From NCBI RefSeq assembly GCF_006345805.1, contig NC_042997.1, forward strand, positions 181,040,001 through 181,104,000: a DNA stretch of 64,000 bases, in the 5' to 3' direction. The notes below the pieces were generated by a model, which had not been told where the DNA came from, did no database searches, and saw nothing but the letters and a program-made list of their open reading frames with translations. Source of the stretch: Octopus sinensis. Its lineage: Eukaryota. The translations under genes and the position numbers were made by a program. Shown piece by piece: positions 13,891 through 27,893 of the stretch. Numbering within the stretch: the first letter of the stretch is position 1; the number at the start of each line of letters is the position of its first letter.

Positions 13891-15075
13891 ATTCTGCCAG
13901 CTTGCTACCTTCATGTCAAATATTTATCTGATTCTTTATACTATCGTATTCTGGCTAAATATTCGTTTCTAACATTGGTACGAGGCTAATGATTTCAAGA
14001 CTACGTTAGCTGATTGCAATAACCCTAGTATTTCATCGGTTCCCAATCTTTTCAGCTTGAGAATGATAAAAGTCAAACTTGCCATCGACGGGAATTTATT
14101 TCAAGACATAAAATCCTGCAAAATATACCACAAGTTATTTTGCCCGGTGCTTTCCAAATCGCCCCCTTGCTCTCTCTAAATAAGACAAATAAAATAATTT
14201 CTTGTCACTTACACCCTAGGAATTCCCACCTACCCCCATTCTTGCTCAATTTTAGTTCCACTCTTATTGTCGATTTTCTAATTATCAGTGATCTAACCAT
14301 GAAAATTACTCAACCTGTCTTATCATCATAACTATGTTGAAGCGAAAATTAAATTATGTTTTTTAAAAGATGTGTAATTCGTTCTGATTTTAATATTGGT
14401 TAACTACAAAGATAAATAATTTACTAAAGATTCAACAACTTTACAAAACAAATAAACATGAAGTATAGAAACCAAACAAAGAATATGAGAAATAATGTTA
14501 AACAAACTTTACAAATATTATGAAAATTCTTGGCAACTATCTTATTTATGCTGTTTTAACTTTTACCATTATCTCAATTTCTCTTCTGAAAAATAAAAAC
14601 ATTTAAAATTTAATGGAAATTAAAGTAAAGCAATTGTTCATGTACTGTGAATCTAATTGACGTCGTATGATACTGTTATTATAAGTAACTATATATTTCA
14701 GTACGATAATATTGATTTCTTCTTTCAGCGCAAACGCACAGACTACCTGTGGTGGAATGATATACTTCACTGCGCCGACAAAATTAGTAGATGATATTTA
14801 TTATTTTTTTTTTTGGACGTTATGAGTAAAAACGGAGGGTTGAGAATCAAAACGTAAATGGAATGTAAAGAACTCAAAACTTGACAAGGACAAAAAAAAT
14901 ATAAGGTCTCAGTCTACCTATCTTTACAATTGTATTGTTACTCAATACAGGTAAGGTATAGCTGCTCATTGTTTACTGAACATCAGACCGAATCCGTTGC
15001 TATAACTTAGAGATTTATGCACACCAATAGGGAAAGAGGACACCTGAGCTACATTCATATTACTGGAGGCACATA

Positions 15076-15138
<63 letters not shown>

Positions 15139-15304
15139 ATATATATATATATATATTACTACAGGTACATAACACATAACAGTGATAATTAAGTGTTATT
15201 AAGTTAAGAGTTCATGTACTGACGGCTGAATACATAAATATATACACACACACATATATATATATATAATATATATACACATATTTATACATACATATAT
15301 ACAG

Positions 15305-15337
<33 letters not shown>

Positions 15338-16574
15338 AATCTACACTTATGTAATTGAGATTACCCTATAACAGGCGAACATTTTACAAAAATCGCGAAA
15401 TTATGGAGAGATAAGTTCCATTAATCGAGAATAAAATATTTTAGAGTTAATCTACATAATTACGGAAAACAAAAAAAAACATATTTGGGAACATAATCTG
15501 GGTTGTTAGACCATGTCAATATCGTCTAACAAAAAGTGATGTTGAAGATTTGTTGAAAATATGTCGAAAAAGATTTTTGGTCAGTATAATTTGTATAAGT
15601 AACAAAAATAAGCTAAGGGGAGTAACTCATGAAGATTGATTGATTGGATAATTAAGTTACAGGGTGATGTTCTGATCACCATGCACAATATATTATTAAT
15701 TAATTAAATTTTTTTCTTCCTGAGGAAAGAAAACAAAATTATATCAGAAATTCAGAGAAACACTAAAACAAGATCAAAATTGCCCTTACCTCTAATCCTG
15801 TAAAGCAAATTGTGAGAGATTAACAATTAATAACTTGAAATTATCTCTCATTTTCATTGAGATCTCGCAAACAGCTGCCGCTGGGTGCTTTATTTCCATT
15901 CTCCAGATAAGAGAAAAAATTTAATTAATTCACTAATCTTTTCGTAGGCATGGCACTAAGTATACCACATGATAATTTGATTAACCAAATTCATGTGATT
16001 TGTCCATTTGAGTTATTACTTCAGGTCACTTTATCTTTTATAATTTGAAAGTATATTTTGATGTTGATGGCAGGTGGCCTCGTAGTTAAGTTGTTGCTTT
16101 TGCGAACGTTAAGTAGCGGGCTCAGCTATCGATCTGGGTGACATATTGCGTTCTTGAAGGAGATAATTCGTCTCAAGTTGTTCCAGTTTGCTCGGTAGAA
16201 AATTGTTCCTAGTGGCATCCGCGACAGAACGTTTTGCATCCCAAGACTAAAATTAGCAGAAAACCCCTGCGAGATCCAGTCCCATGACTCTGTTGTAAGG
16301 AAGCAGACTTTATATTTAGGAGACATAAATATTTTATTGATATCGATAAAAAAAGACAAGCAAAAACAACCTCGGTAGAATTCATTCTTGAAATGTAAAG
16401 AGACATATCTGTATCCTTCAAATTCATTTTCCAGTTAGTTGCTTCGTGACAGCAATGTCTACACTGAGACTGCTGGTGAGCTGTACGGTTCCAGATAGGT
16501 GGACATTCCACTGAAAGACTACTAGTCATCCCCAAAAAGAGATAAAGAATAGTAAATGTTAATAATTGTTTCTA

Positions 16575-17012
16575 TGGCTGGCACAAGGTCTGACATTTTG
16601 AGAGGGTGGGTTTGTTGATTACGTGAAACACAATGCTCGACAAGTGCTTATTTTATCGACAGCAAAAGAATGAACGACAAAGTTTACCTCAGCGAAATTT
16701 GTACTCCGTATGTAATTATAGACGAAATACTGCTAAACATTTTGTCTGCTGTACAACAGTTTCTGTCAAGACACTGCCTCGATATTACTAACAATAGTAA
16801 TTCCTTCTACTGTAGGCACAAGGCCTGAAATTTGAGGGGAAGAGACTAGTCGATCATATCGACCCCAGTACTTAACCAGTACTAATTCCATCAACCTTGA
16901 AAGATGAAAGACAAAGTCAACCTCGGCAAATTTCAACCTAGAACATACGACGGACGAAATGCCGCTAAGCAATTTTGCCCGACACACTAAAGATTCCGCC
17001 ATCTTGCCGCCT
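16575..17012 (-). mobile_element. Two adjacent diverged SINE family A copies (~16575-16770, ~16800-17012)
   Basis: Both carry ggcacaagg..tga, core and gacgaaat..cgctaa segments. Confidence 0.75.
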
Positions 17013-17014
17013 AA

Positions 17015-17063
<49 letters not shown>

Positions 17064-17078
17064 TAATAATAATAATGA

Positions 17079-17640
17079 TAAATGTCCTGATGCAGTACCA
17101 GGCAGTGGCCTTCATACCTTCTGATCTAAACTCATTGGAAGTGTTATCATGTACATTGTTTTGTCTTGGTATAAAAGATGGACTACAGCAAATATTATGC
17201 TCAATACCACAGATTTTCTTGTCAGTTCTTTTACCTTAACCAGTTAACCATGTCCCTTAGTGGCTGACGAGATGTGCATCTCTGATCACGAACAGAATTA
17301 GTGGGACAGCCTCATAGCCTTGCGTTGAGAGGGATTCTTTGGGGTTTGAATAATTCACCTCTGGAAACATGAGTGTTTCATTAAACATCCTTAAACAACC
17401 CTTATTCAGGGACCTTTTGAACGGGATGGGTTACACGACCAGAACAAAATTCTAACTGGGCCCCCACCTGCAAGGTCATGTGCTGTTTATCTTGATATGC
17501 GATTCCCATGTCGGGCACATATCTTTGTGATGCATGTGCCTAGTGTACCCTTATCAGACGCGTAGTCATGATGGGTATACTGGGCTTCGTATATTTTCCC
17601 CCAGTGTCAATTTGATGGCATGCACTGCTCTCTCACTCAA
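17079..17640 (+). mobile_element. Non-coding interspersed repeat embedded in (TAA)n; second copy at ~42475-42825
   Basis: Clear similarity between 17120-17440 and 42500-42820 (ttggaagtgtta.catgtaca, aaaagatgg...cagcaaat, atccttaaacaacc.ttattcagggaccttttga). Flanked on both sides by TAA runs. Confidence 0.75.
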
Positions 17641-17664
17641 TAATAATAATAATAATAATAATAA

Positions 17665-19056
17665 GGATCGAAGCAACCAATGCTTTAGCCATACCAGTCG
17701 TGACTTACAGTTTCAATACCGTTAACTGGTCAATTACTGAAATATGTAATCTTGACAGAAAAATACGAAAACTGTTGACAATGCATAGAATGCACCACCC
17801 TAAGGCAGATACAGAACGACTTTATCTGCCCAGAAAAGAGGGAGGCCGTAGACGTTTACAACTGGGAATAACAATGAAGATTGCTACAATTGGCCTAGAC
17901 ACCTACCTGAAAAACTCTGAGGACTGAATGTTAAAGCTTGTCTCAAAACATGAAAACAAGAAAGCATCATACTCAGTAACAAAACAGGCAAAGTAATATC
18001 TAAGTGAATTCTGAATACAACAAATTTCGGAATTAGACATTCAAGAAACTTGCACAGAAAAAGCTAAGCGCATAAAAACCCGTGCTAAAACTGCGGCCTT
18101 AGATATTTTGAATGATAAATGGAAAGAAAAACCTCTCTATGGCAAATACCCAAAGAGAGCGAATAATGCAGATGTTGACAAAGCCCTGACCCATCAATGG
18201 CTAATGGCCTCTGGCTTAAAATCTGAAACAGAAGGGTTTATCATAGTAGCTCAAGATCAATGCCTATCAACAAGAAACTACCAGACCAACGTATTAATGA
18301 ACGGCAGTAGCCCAACATGTCGTGTATGTCAACAACAAAATGAAACCATTGATCATGTTGTCTCCAAGTGCAGTCTTCTTGCGCCTACAGAGTATCTCAA
18401 CAGGAATGATAGAGCTGCACAATATATTCACTGGGCAATTTGCAAAAACCTGGACTTGCCCCATGAAAAAAAACTGGTGGGAACACAAACCACCTCGAGT
18501 GCTTGAAAATGACCACATCTCACTCCTCTGGAACTTCACCATTCAAACTGACAGAAAGATAGATGCAAACAGGCCAGACATCATATTGAAATACTTCAAA
18601 CAAAGCACATGCCTCCTCATTGATATGACTGTCCCAATAGATATAATCGTATCTGTCAAGACCTACCAAAAACTGAAATAGAAATCAGCAATGTGGAACT
18701 TGAAGACTAAAACAATACCTGTTGTCATAGGTGCCCTGGGAATGATAGCAAAAGGGGTTGGTTGCTACCTAACTCAGATAACAGGAAACCCAAAAATGGC
18801 AGAAATTCAAATGATAGTGCTCATGGGAACTGCTCATATTCTACGCAAAATACTTTATGTAATCTCAAGGTTTAAAACAAACAATTTTCGTATGATTTTT
18901 TTTTAGACATTCACTAGTACAACACCCCCCAAAAAAAACCAAATATATGGCACACTAGGCATAGCAACAACATGAACTTCCAACCTGTTGTCTCTTGAGG
19001 TCTCTCGGTGAGACTTGGAGCCAACTTTTACAAATCTAAAGCAAAAGTCAAACATA

Positions 19057-19058
<2 letters not shown>
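17665..19058 (+). mobile_element. 5'-truncated R4/Dong-like non-LTR retrotransposon (C-terminal RT/thumb, CCHC zinc knuckle, restriction-like endonuclease), pseudogenised
   Basis: ORFs 17700-18906 give HHPKADTERLYLPRKEGGR, LKSETEGFIIVAQDQ, CRVC...ETIDHVVSKC, ANRPDII, IPVVIGALG; frameshifted. Flanked by (TAA)n, the established Dong target. Confidence 0.92.
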
Positions 19059-19116
<58 letters not shown>

Positions 19117-19352
19117 TTTTGCCCACGCTGCGCACAAAAGTGCAGATTTATCGCCAACATAGATTTACATTAAGAGGGTGAAAACAAAGCCAACACTTGC
19201 TAGTATCCATATAGGCATCACATCTGGAGTCTCTCTGTTGCACATGACTTTAGTTAGATTTCAGATTTGGGTTTGTAGTTTGAAGATGTTTTAGTTATGA
19301 AGTTGGAGATAAGTGTGTTCAACATCTTGCAGCCTCTGTTTGTGAAATTTAT

Positions 19353-19380
19353 TGATGATGATGATGATGATGATGATGAA

Positions 19381-19432
<52 letters not shown>
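19353..19432. repeat. (GAT)n microsatellite
   Basis: Directly visible; explains the poly-Met ORF. Confidence 0.95.
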
Positions 19433-22400
19433 GCTGGTAGGGTTGATGACCAAGGTCATGCTCATGAAGATCTACACGATCATCATGGTGACAAGCTTTA
19501 TGTTGACGAAGATGAATTTGATCCCGTTAAGAATAACAGTATGAATTACGAGGTGTATTGAAACAATGTTCGGTGGTTATATTAAAATTTATGGACCAGT
19601 CATAATGTTTAAGTTCTTATAATTACGAAGTTGGTAGGCCCGAATCATTCCAGATATATGAAAACAATAAAGTGTCCATATCGAACGTTGTGATTAGCTG
19701 CGTTACAATGTTATACACTTGATATATCGCCTTTTTTAACACCTCCACCACAATTTCTTTTGGCAGTAGTTAGTGGAATTCCCTTTGCTGCAAGCATTTA
19801 GGTTCATATTTAATTCTCTACACTTGATGTTCATATGTTCAGGCTCTACCTTGACCACATGAATCAGACTAGAATGAGACTGCCTGCAAACTTCTAGGCA
19901 CGGTCTTAGACTGACAGACTTATAGAGCGTAGGAAGATTCTAAACATGTCATTCAATGGCTGTCGACTGACGATGAATGCCAGTCGACTTTCGACAGAGT
20001 TCCCATACGTGGATCCTGAAAATATGAGCCCTTTAGTATAGCACTGGTAATAAGCACATATATTATACAAATTCTCGATAAATGGTATATATTTCTCAAA
20101 ATACAGGAAGTGAGGAAACTAACTCTATCTCTATTACAAGTGAAACATAACAAGAGGTCCCGCTCCATTTCATTTGTGTCTGGTACAAACACACTTAAGC
20201 GACATTCTAAACTAGGAAGGGGTCGGAGCAATCAGTCTCTTTGGCATTTTATTTTGTTTTTCAGTAAATACAGCTCAGAAAGTACCCAGATTTAATATAG
20301 AAAATTATACGTTTTAAAAATACTTCTGGCGAACCTGAATAATGCAATATCAAGTAAGATTAGAATCTCATGTTAGATAAAGGAAACGAGGTAACAGAAT
20401 CGAACAAAACACAAACTTTTAAATACCGCGGAAATAATAATCTATATGGTACAAAGAAGCGTTAGTGATATTACAGACGCATTAACTAAATAATTAAAAC
20501 AGTTCTATTTGCAACAGAATAAGATAGTAGACAGGTGTCTGTTTATTTCTTGCATGTATCTGTAGTTAGATCTTGTAGGAAAAAATCATGCATTTTTAAA
20601 ATGCAAGGATATAATGAAGACAGTACAAGGAAATTATGTCAATTATCTCACAAGGTTTTTTGAACACATATCTAGTTTTGATAATTTACTACAAACTGAA
20701 AGGAAACATTCCACGTTCTAGTTTCATATTAAGTTCATATTTTATTTCGTTCTTGCTAAAACATATTATAGTAGAATGTAGATTAGGATATATAGCACCT
20801 GATTTATGTTGTTTTATTATGTTCTATATATGTAACCATCCGTCCCGATTACTCCCTAAATAACAGACTGCCGAATAGAAAATTTCACAAAATACCTCTT
20901 CATAGTGGAGAGGCGTCACATTAACTTGAAAGCAAAACGTTATTTCCTTCTTCCCCCTTTCTTCAAGCAGCCTATGCCTCTCCAAATAAGTTTGCGGAAA
21001 TGAAGAAATGTCATAATAAATCAGTAGTATTTAGCATTTATTCTATGCCAAATATTTTTGTAACCATACACTTTATATCTCATAATAACTACCTTAGTTG
21101 TAGAAAAGACTTCCTTGTACTCCTAGTAAATATCATCTTACTCTGATAGCTTTTCGTCGACATATTCTAAATGCAAAAACTATTTTCCCTCTGCTCCTAT
21201 CTCCCCTCCTAAATTCGCATAGACTTTTGTCGAGAATATCAATATAACTTATTACTATAACAGCTGCATATTGATACCGATTATCTTATTTCGGAAGTAT
21301 TTACATTTGTTTACCATTTTATATAACGTGTCGAAAATATCGCTTCGTAAGAAAAAAATTCAGAACTTAATAAGTAGTTGCCTCAACGAGTTGTTCATCT
21401 TAAGGCATCTCAATCAGTTGAAGGAAAGCGAGCAAAATATACATTAACCTTCAATTTTAAAATATATTACGATTCTTAAATGTCTAAATGATGTAACAAC
21501 TTGTATATTTTTACATGACACTGTACAGTGGAAAAAGAAAAATCCTGGGAGAAATTAAACAGGTTTTGTTACCAGGTATGTGGCTTCAGTTAAACTAACA
21601 TTTTGAGTAATTTGACAGTAATATGAAAAAATATAGGAAAAATATACGTTTCCTTTATAGCATTCTGAACTTCCCTCAAACATTCTGTTCATAGAATTGA
21701 TGAAATAGTAAGGCATCTCACGATTTTCATTGCGTCATGTCGTTTCATTAATGCAAGTTCAAATTTCGAATCTCGCGGAAGCCATCGTTTCTTTTAACCC
21801 TTCCGGAGTCAATAAAAGAACATAACAGTTCTATATCGTGGTTGATATATTGAACTATGTTTCTAAATGTAAGGCCTTGTGCTGATGCTAATCACCATAT
21901 ACTTGTTTTAGTTCTGATATTTTACAAGTGATACATCCAAGAAAGGTCTATTAACCACACAAAACTAGGTGTTCGTTTGAAAAATATCAGAATAACAACG
22001 TCCTATAATTTTGTGATCGTTTTCGTAGAGTATAATTAAGTGTGGGAATATTTGGTTGTAAGTTGAACGAACTGATACATATCTTAAAAAGCCAGGAAGG
22101 GCAATGTCTACTCGGTAGGAATACATCAAGAACTACATTATCAAATATAGTTCCTGGTGAACAAAAACAATTTGACCTTTAGAACGCTTTTGATCAAAAA
22201 TGCTTGGGTTTAAAAAGGTAATCAATTTGTGGCCTAAATGTGAAAGAAAAGCACAATTCTAACAGACTAGTCTCGACGTTCTGCAATGAAACACTCAGCT
22301 AAATATACATTTGTTCAATATATTTTGTTTGTTTGTATTTAGGCATTCAAGTTTATTTAAATGTAAACACTATAGACTAAACGGAGAGTTTTTCTATTTT

Positions 22401-22929
22401 TGAATAACTCATTAAAAAATTTCATTACGCTAATATTCTCTTTCTTATAAAACAAACATCATAGCCACGTGATTTTTTTTTATATCTGTTTGTTTATTCG
22501 TTATTATATTTTTTATTATTTCACTTTAATAATCGGCAAATGAATTTTCTCAATATACATCAATAAACAGCGATTTTGTTTCTTAATCTTTTAGTTTTAA
22601 GTCAACTGAAAATGTTTTTCTATTAAATTTTAATTTTGACTTCTGAACATCAAAGGCAATCGTTTCGCAATATAGTTGACAATTTTGTAAAGTAATTAAT
22701 TGAATAGTCGTCTTCTTTGCATAAATTATTAGTAGATATTATTGTGTTGTTAGTTTCTTCTATAGTTTTTTTTGTGTGTATGTGGCTGAGTACCATTTCT
22801 TTTCTGTTTAAATAGTTAAATATACCTGCAGACATTTAACAAGGAATATAAATATGTTATCCAACAATAAACATACGGTTAAACAATTGTCCTTTAGGAA
22901 AGAATAAAAACAACATCCGGTGTTTAAGA

Positions 22930-22975
<46 letters not shown>

Positions 22976-23048
22976 CGTGGTGGTGGCGGTGGTGGAGTTA
23001 TCATTATTATCATTATCATTATTATCCTTATTATTATCATCATCATTA

Positions 23049-23099
<51 letters not shown>

Positions 23100-23122
23100 C
23101 ATCATCATTATTATTATTATTA

Positions 23123-23211
<89 letters not shown>

Positions 23212-23236
23212 ATTATCACTACTATTGTTGTTGTTG
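22930..23236. repeat. Compound (TAG)n/(TTA)n/(TCA)n microsatellite
   Basis: Directly visible. Confidence 0.95.
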
Positions 23237-23689
23237 TGATTAGATAAAATAGCTCTATTTACACTGCTGGGTTAAAAATAGAAGTAATCAATATTTAATT
23301 AAGGATGAAAAAATTGCAAAGAGGTTGATTCAGCTGTTTATTTTTATTTATTTCATTTTTAGTTCTTTTTGTTTCAGTTCATTAAATATTAAGTATTTAA
23401 CATCTTGAAAATTCATTCATTCATCTAGATCATAGAATTATTAATGTCGAGGTTGAAAATTCAATTACCATTTATATTGAATGCTTCATCGGATTATATC
23501 GGGCGTAGACTGATAAACAGCCAGTTCGAATCCTATTTGAAAATTGTATTCCATTTTTGTTTATTTGTTTATTGTGGTATTATCATTCTTAATCTCGTAT
23601 GAAGAGCGCAGATGAACGAATCAATGGTGTATGAATTTATATTTTGTAACTAGAGTTCATATCCTATGTCTGGCATTCATATCCCTTTG

Positions 23690-24165
23690 ATTTTACCAGC
23701 AATTCTCGGGAGTGACCATGGGAATGAGAATGGGCCCCAACTATGCGAACCTGTTCATTGGCTACGTTGGGGCTCAAATATTCTCAAGTTTCACTGGTCC
23801 CACTCCCGAGCAATACGGTCGTTATATTGACGACTGTATCGGTGCGACCTCACGCTCCCGCGAACTAGACATCTTTCTCTCTTTTGTCAACTCTTCCCAT
23901 CCTGCTCTCCACTTTTCCTGCACTATTTCCAACACTTCAGTCGCCTTTCTCGACATTTCGGTCAGAATACATCACTCCACTCTCACCACCTCCATCCACT
24001 ACAAACACACAGACTGACACTTATACCTCAACTTCTCCTCCTCCCACCCTGAAAACACCAAGCTCCCCATCCCCTATTCCCAATTCCTCCGTCTTCGCAG
24101 GGTCTGTAGTGATGACCATGACTGAGATTCAGTCTCAAATCATGGCTCGCCACTTCATCCTACGG
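23690..24165 (+). mobile_element. Penelope-like element RT fragment (pseudogene)
   Basis: GVTMGMRMGPNYANLFIG...YGRYIDDCIG...FLDISV...TSIHYKHTD, then YLNFSSSHP..TK..IPYSQFLRLRR in the continuing frame: PLE RT domains 4-7 and thumb. Confidence 0.9.
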
Positions 24166-24224
24166 TGGTGTATGTGGGAGTGGAATGTGTGGGATGAGGT
24201 AGGGGCGGGATGGGATATATAGGG

Positions 24225-24306
24225 CTGGCGGGGTTGGAATCGAACTCGGAATATTGGAGTTAGTAGCCCGCGCTCTTAACCACTACGCCATATGCCCGTG
24301 GGCATA
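24225..24306 (-). mobile_element. tRNA-derived SINE head / tRNA pseudogene
   Basis: Minus strand gggcatatggcgtagtggttaagagcgcgggctactaactccaatattccgagttcgattcc has A and B boxes but no proper acceptor stem. Confidence 0.7.
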
Positions 24307-24532
24307 TCTACATGAGTTTAGTAGCGACTGACTGAATAAAAAGTAGTCAATACCTTAATTGACGATAGTGTTATTTTTTCGAGACACTTGCTATCTATTC
24401 TGGAGTTCCGCTTGAATGCTCACTGAGCCACAGGCAAATTATAATTGAAAATGTTTGTCCATACATACACATATATATATACATGCATATATATATGTGT
24501 GTGTGTGTGTGTGTGTATGTATGTGTGTATGC

Positions 24533-24575
<43 letters not shown>

Positions 24576-24576
24576 C

Positions 24577-24621
<45 letters not shown>

Positions 24622-25486
24622 TGTATATATATGATTCCTGTCATAGTATGTGCATCCTACATTATTTCCCTTTCAGTCCACTAGTTTTCCTTTTCTCTTT
24701 TCCTTTTCCTTCCCCCTTCCTTTCGTACTTTCTTTTCTCGTTATCTTTACATTTTTTTTCAACACTTCACTTTCAGCCCTAGGACAGATATCCTACATAT
24801 ACACATTAACTCCATGAAAATCTTCAATCTAACTTGCCTGGTGTCTCACTGAGCGCACAAGTGAAACTCCAGCGCAGCAAGGGACTAACTTCACCAAAAC
24901 GTATATGTATGTATGTATGTGCATACATGTATGAGTGTATTTATTTTGCATTTTCTTATTACTCTGTATTCATTTTATTTCCTTTAGTCAAGGGAATATA
25001 TATATAAGATCATAGAATAAGTCCTTTGTCGATCAAGGTTGACAACAAAGAGTGTATGCGCAAGCGTTGCAAAAGTTACTTTTTAGGAGCTCCCCATGTT
25101 GCAAGTCCCTAATCTATGTGCTACTGAGCTTCATCCAAGGAAAAGCTCGCCGACTTGAGCGAATACAACTTGCTACAAATGTCTGCGCAAGCGTTATTAA
25201 TAGAACGCAAAGAGGTGGAAGAATAAATTCAACATAACATACGAAATAAACAAACACATATACAGAATTCTTTTTTCATACAAGAAATAAAAAAATAAAT
25301 TCAACGAAAAATATCGACCTAAATATTAAGAACGAAATATCAGAATTAGTAAAGAAAGAGAAAAATTATATATAAAATAAACTACAGAAAATATATAGCA
25401 AATTCCATAGCCAATGAACCGAAAGGTTAAAAGAAATAGACCGCCGTACAAAAAACCTCGTACAACTTGATTATCTTCATTTGCGA

Positions 25487-25746
25487 AATAAATAAATAAA
25501 TGGCCCTTTTAAAGCCTAGCCAGGCTCATGGGCCCGGTTTCCCGGTTTCTATGGTGTATGTGTTACCCAGCTGGACGGGACGCCAGTCCATCGCAGCGTT
25601 ACTCATTTTTGCCAGCTGAGTGGACTGGAGCAACGTGAAATGAAGTGTTTTGCTCAAGAACACAACGCGTCGCCCGGTCCAGGAATCGAAACCACAATCT
25701 TGCGATCATGATGCTGACACCCTAACCACTAAGCCACGCGCCTCCA
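25487..25746 (-). mobile_element. tRNA-derived SINE family B (CORE-like plus V-domain-like segment), (TTTA)n tail
   Basis: A box TGGCTTAGTGG, B box GTTTCGATTCC, ttgagcaaaacacttcatttcac, ctgcgatggactggcgtcccgtccag. Near-identical copy at 40935-41190. Confidence 0.9.
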
Positions 25747-27270
25747 CCTTCATTTGCGTACTGATATCAAACGATACCCAGGCTGGTTTCGCTTTTCCTT
25801 ATTCTGCGATCGGTAAAAGTATGTACTATTCACTTACTTTGTATAAAACATTCCACATTGAGTCAATATAATTGAATATACCCTTGAATAGGGTGTCCCT
25901 GAGTTGCCTCCGTTAAATAACTGACACAGCACGAAAATAATGACTCTATTATAGTTTCCACAGACAAGGTTAACTATAATATTGAATTTTTTTTTCAGTA
26001 AAAGTATTTAACAAAAAAGATGCTTTTAGAAAATCTAAAAATGTTGTTATATGACTCCAACAAAATATACGAAACAAAAAATGACACTGATCAGGCAATT
26101 AATCAACATAGAAAAAACAGGAGGCAATGAAATATATAGTTAATAACAGTGAATAACATAAGTAGAATGAAAGTTACTGACTAATGTATGTGTCTGCATA
26201 TATATATATACATATATGTATATATATGTGTGTGTGTATATACACACTCACATACACACATATATGTATATTAACTCAGCTATGTTCTAATTCAATAAAA
26301 GCTAAATCATAATGTCAGCTACAAAAAAAATGCTCTTGAGAACTCTTAGCTATTAGGAAAACAAATAATGGACAGTGAAAATATAGAAGAGAGTATCATA
26401 GTGAAAGTAAATATTTCCTTAACGTGAATAGATACTGGATTATTGACAATGTAGACATTGCTATAAAATATAACTCTTTAAACACAATAGCAATGAATCA
26501 GAGTAGAAAATTATGGTTCCGCGAAACTTCAGACGAACATCTCATAGTAATGATAGAAATTAAACCAATCTGCTCTCACAAAGAAATCGTAATTAAAAGC
26601 ACTGCAAATTATGGTAACAAAACAAAATGATGCTAAGGGAGTTTGAGTATAAATACCTTGAAACACTTTACATATAATTAGATAAATTAATCTTCTGTCA
26701 AAGACCGGAATTCCTGTGGGACTAACTATTATCCCGAACTGAGAAAGTTTATGTTTGCGTAACTTCGAAAACTTTAGGATTTGGGAAAGAAACGTTCTTA
26801 TTTGGTGTAAACAAATTCAGCTATCGTTTCAAAAACATTAATGATCAAAAATATGATTAATGATGATGGTTTACAAATTGTTTAGAATTATATCTATCAA
26901 ACGATTTGAAATCATAAAAATGAAAGTAACTAGATATCAGCCAGGTTTTACGAATAACAATGGAAAATTTACGTATAATGATAACATAAATAATTACTAG
27001 TTCGTTGAGAGAAATGCTTTATCTTTACAGTAATAAGACGAGCAACATATTCTGCTCAATAATGTACTCAATTTTTCATATTCTGTACAACCACAATTAT
27101 TAAGATTATGGAGAAAAGTAATGTTGTACATAACTTCAAAATTAATGTGGAACAATGAAAGTACAAGTGTCAGCAAAATACATATAACACAATAAATTTA
27201 TATAAAGACTTTTGTTTCTAATTTACGCAAATGCCCTGTTATTTTGAAGAGTGTGGTATAGTTGATAATA

Positions 27271-27502
27271 AGGCGGCGAACTGGCAGAAACGTTAGCACG
27301 CCGAGCGAAATGCGTAGCCGTATTTCGTCTGCCGTTACGTTCTGAGTTCAAATTCCGCCGAGGTCGACTTTGCCTTTCATCCTTTCGGGGTCGATAAATT
27401 AAGTACCAGTTACGCACTGGGGTCGATGTAATCGACTTAATCCGTTTGTCTGTCCTTGTTTGTCCCCTCTGTGTTTAGCCCCTTGTGGGTAGTAAAGAAA
27501 TA
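27271..27502 (+). mobile_element. Full-length SINE family A copy with 13-bp target-site duplication
   Basis: TSD ggtatagttgata (27255-27267) / ggtagagttgata (27503-27515). Confidence 0.92.
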
Positions 27503-27529
27503 GGTAGAGTTGATACAGTCTGTTCTAAT

Positions 27530-27893
27530 ACATGACTGGTACATAATATCGAAGGGATAAAGTGAAAGTTGACTTACGACCAGTTTGAACTCAGAACATA
27601 AACAATCAGAAGAAGCACAAGGCGTTCTTTCCGATGATCTAACAATTCAGCCGATCTACCGCTCTGATTAATTCTGATTTCAAATTTTGGCACAAGGCCA
27701 AGAATTTGGAGCTGGGAGAGGGGATAAGTCAGTTCCATTGACACCAGTACTCAAATGGTACTTCTTTTACGGACCTCGAAAGACTGAAAGGCAAAGTCGG
27801 CCTCGGCGGAATTTGAACTCAGAACGTGAAGACGAATGAAATGCCGCTAAGCATTTCACCCGACTTACTAATGATTCTGCCAGCTCGCCGTCT
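27530..27893 (-). mobile_element. Two diverged SINE family A copies (~27530-27665, 27677-27893)
   Basis: aaggcaaagtcggcctcggcggaatttgaactcagaacg...tctgccagctcgccg and a weaker upstream copy. Confidence 0.8.

Noticed and set aside
14729-14950. Exon-like segment (ttctttcag acceptor, CAG/gtaagg donor) with CUB-like TTCGG or lectin-like WND..C peptides
   Set aside because: All three frames hit stop codons before the donor and no partner exons were found. At most a non-coding exon.
17264-17295. CTGACGA-gatg/catc as a hammerhead
   Set aside because: No GAAA follows stem II, and the second copy lacks the core.
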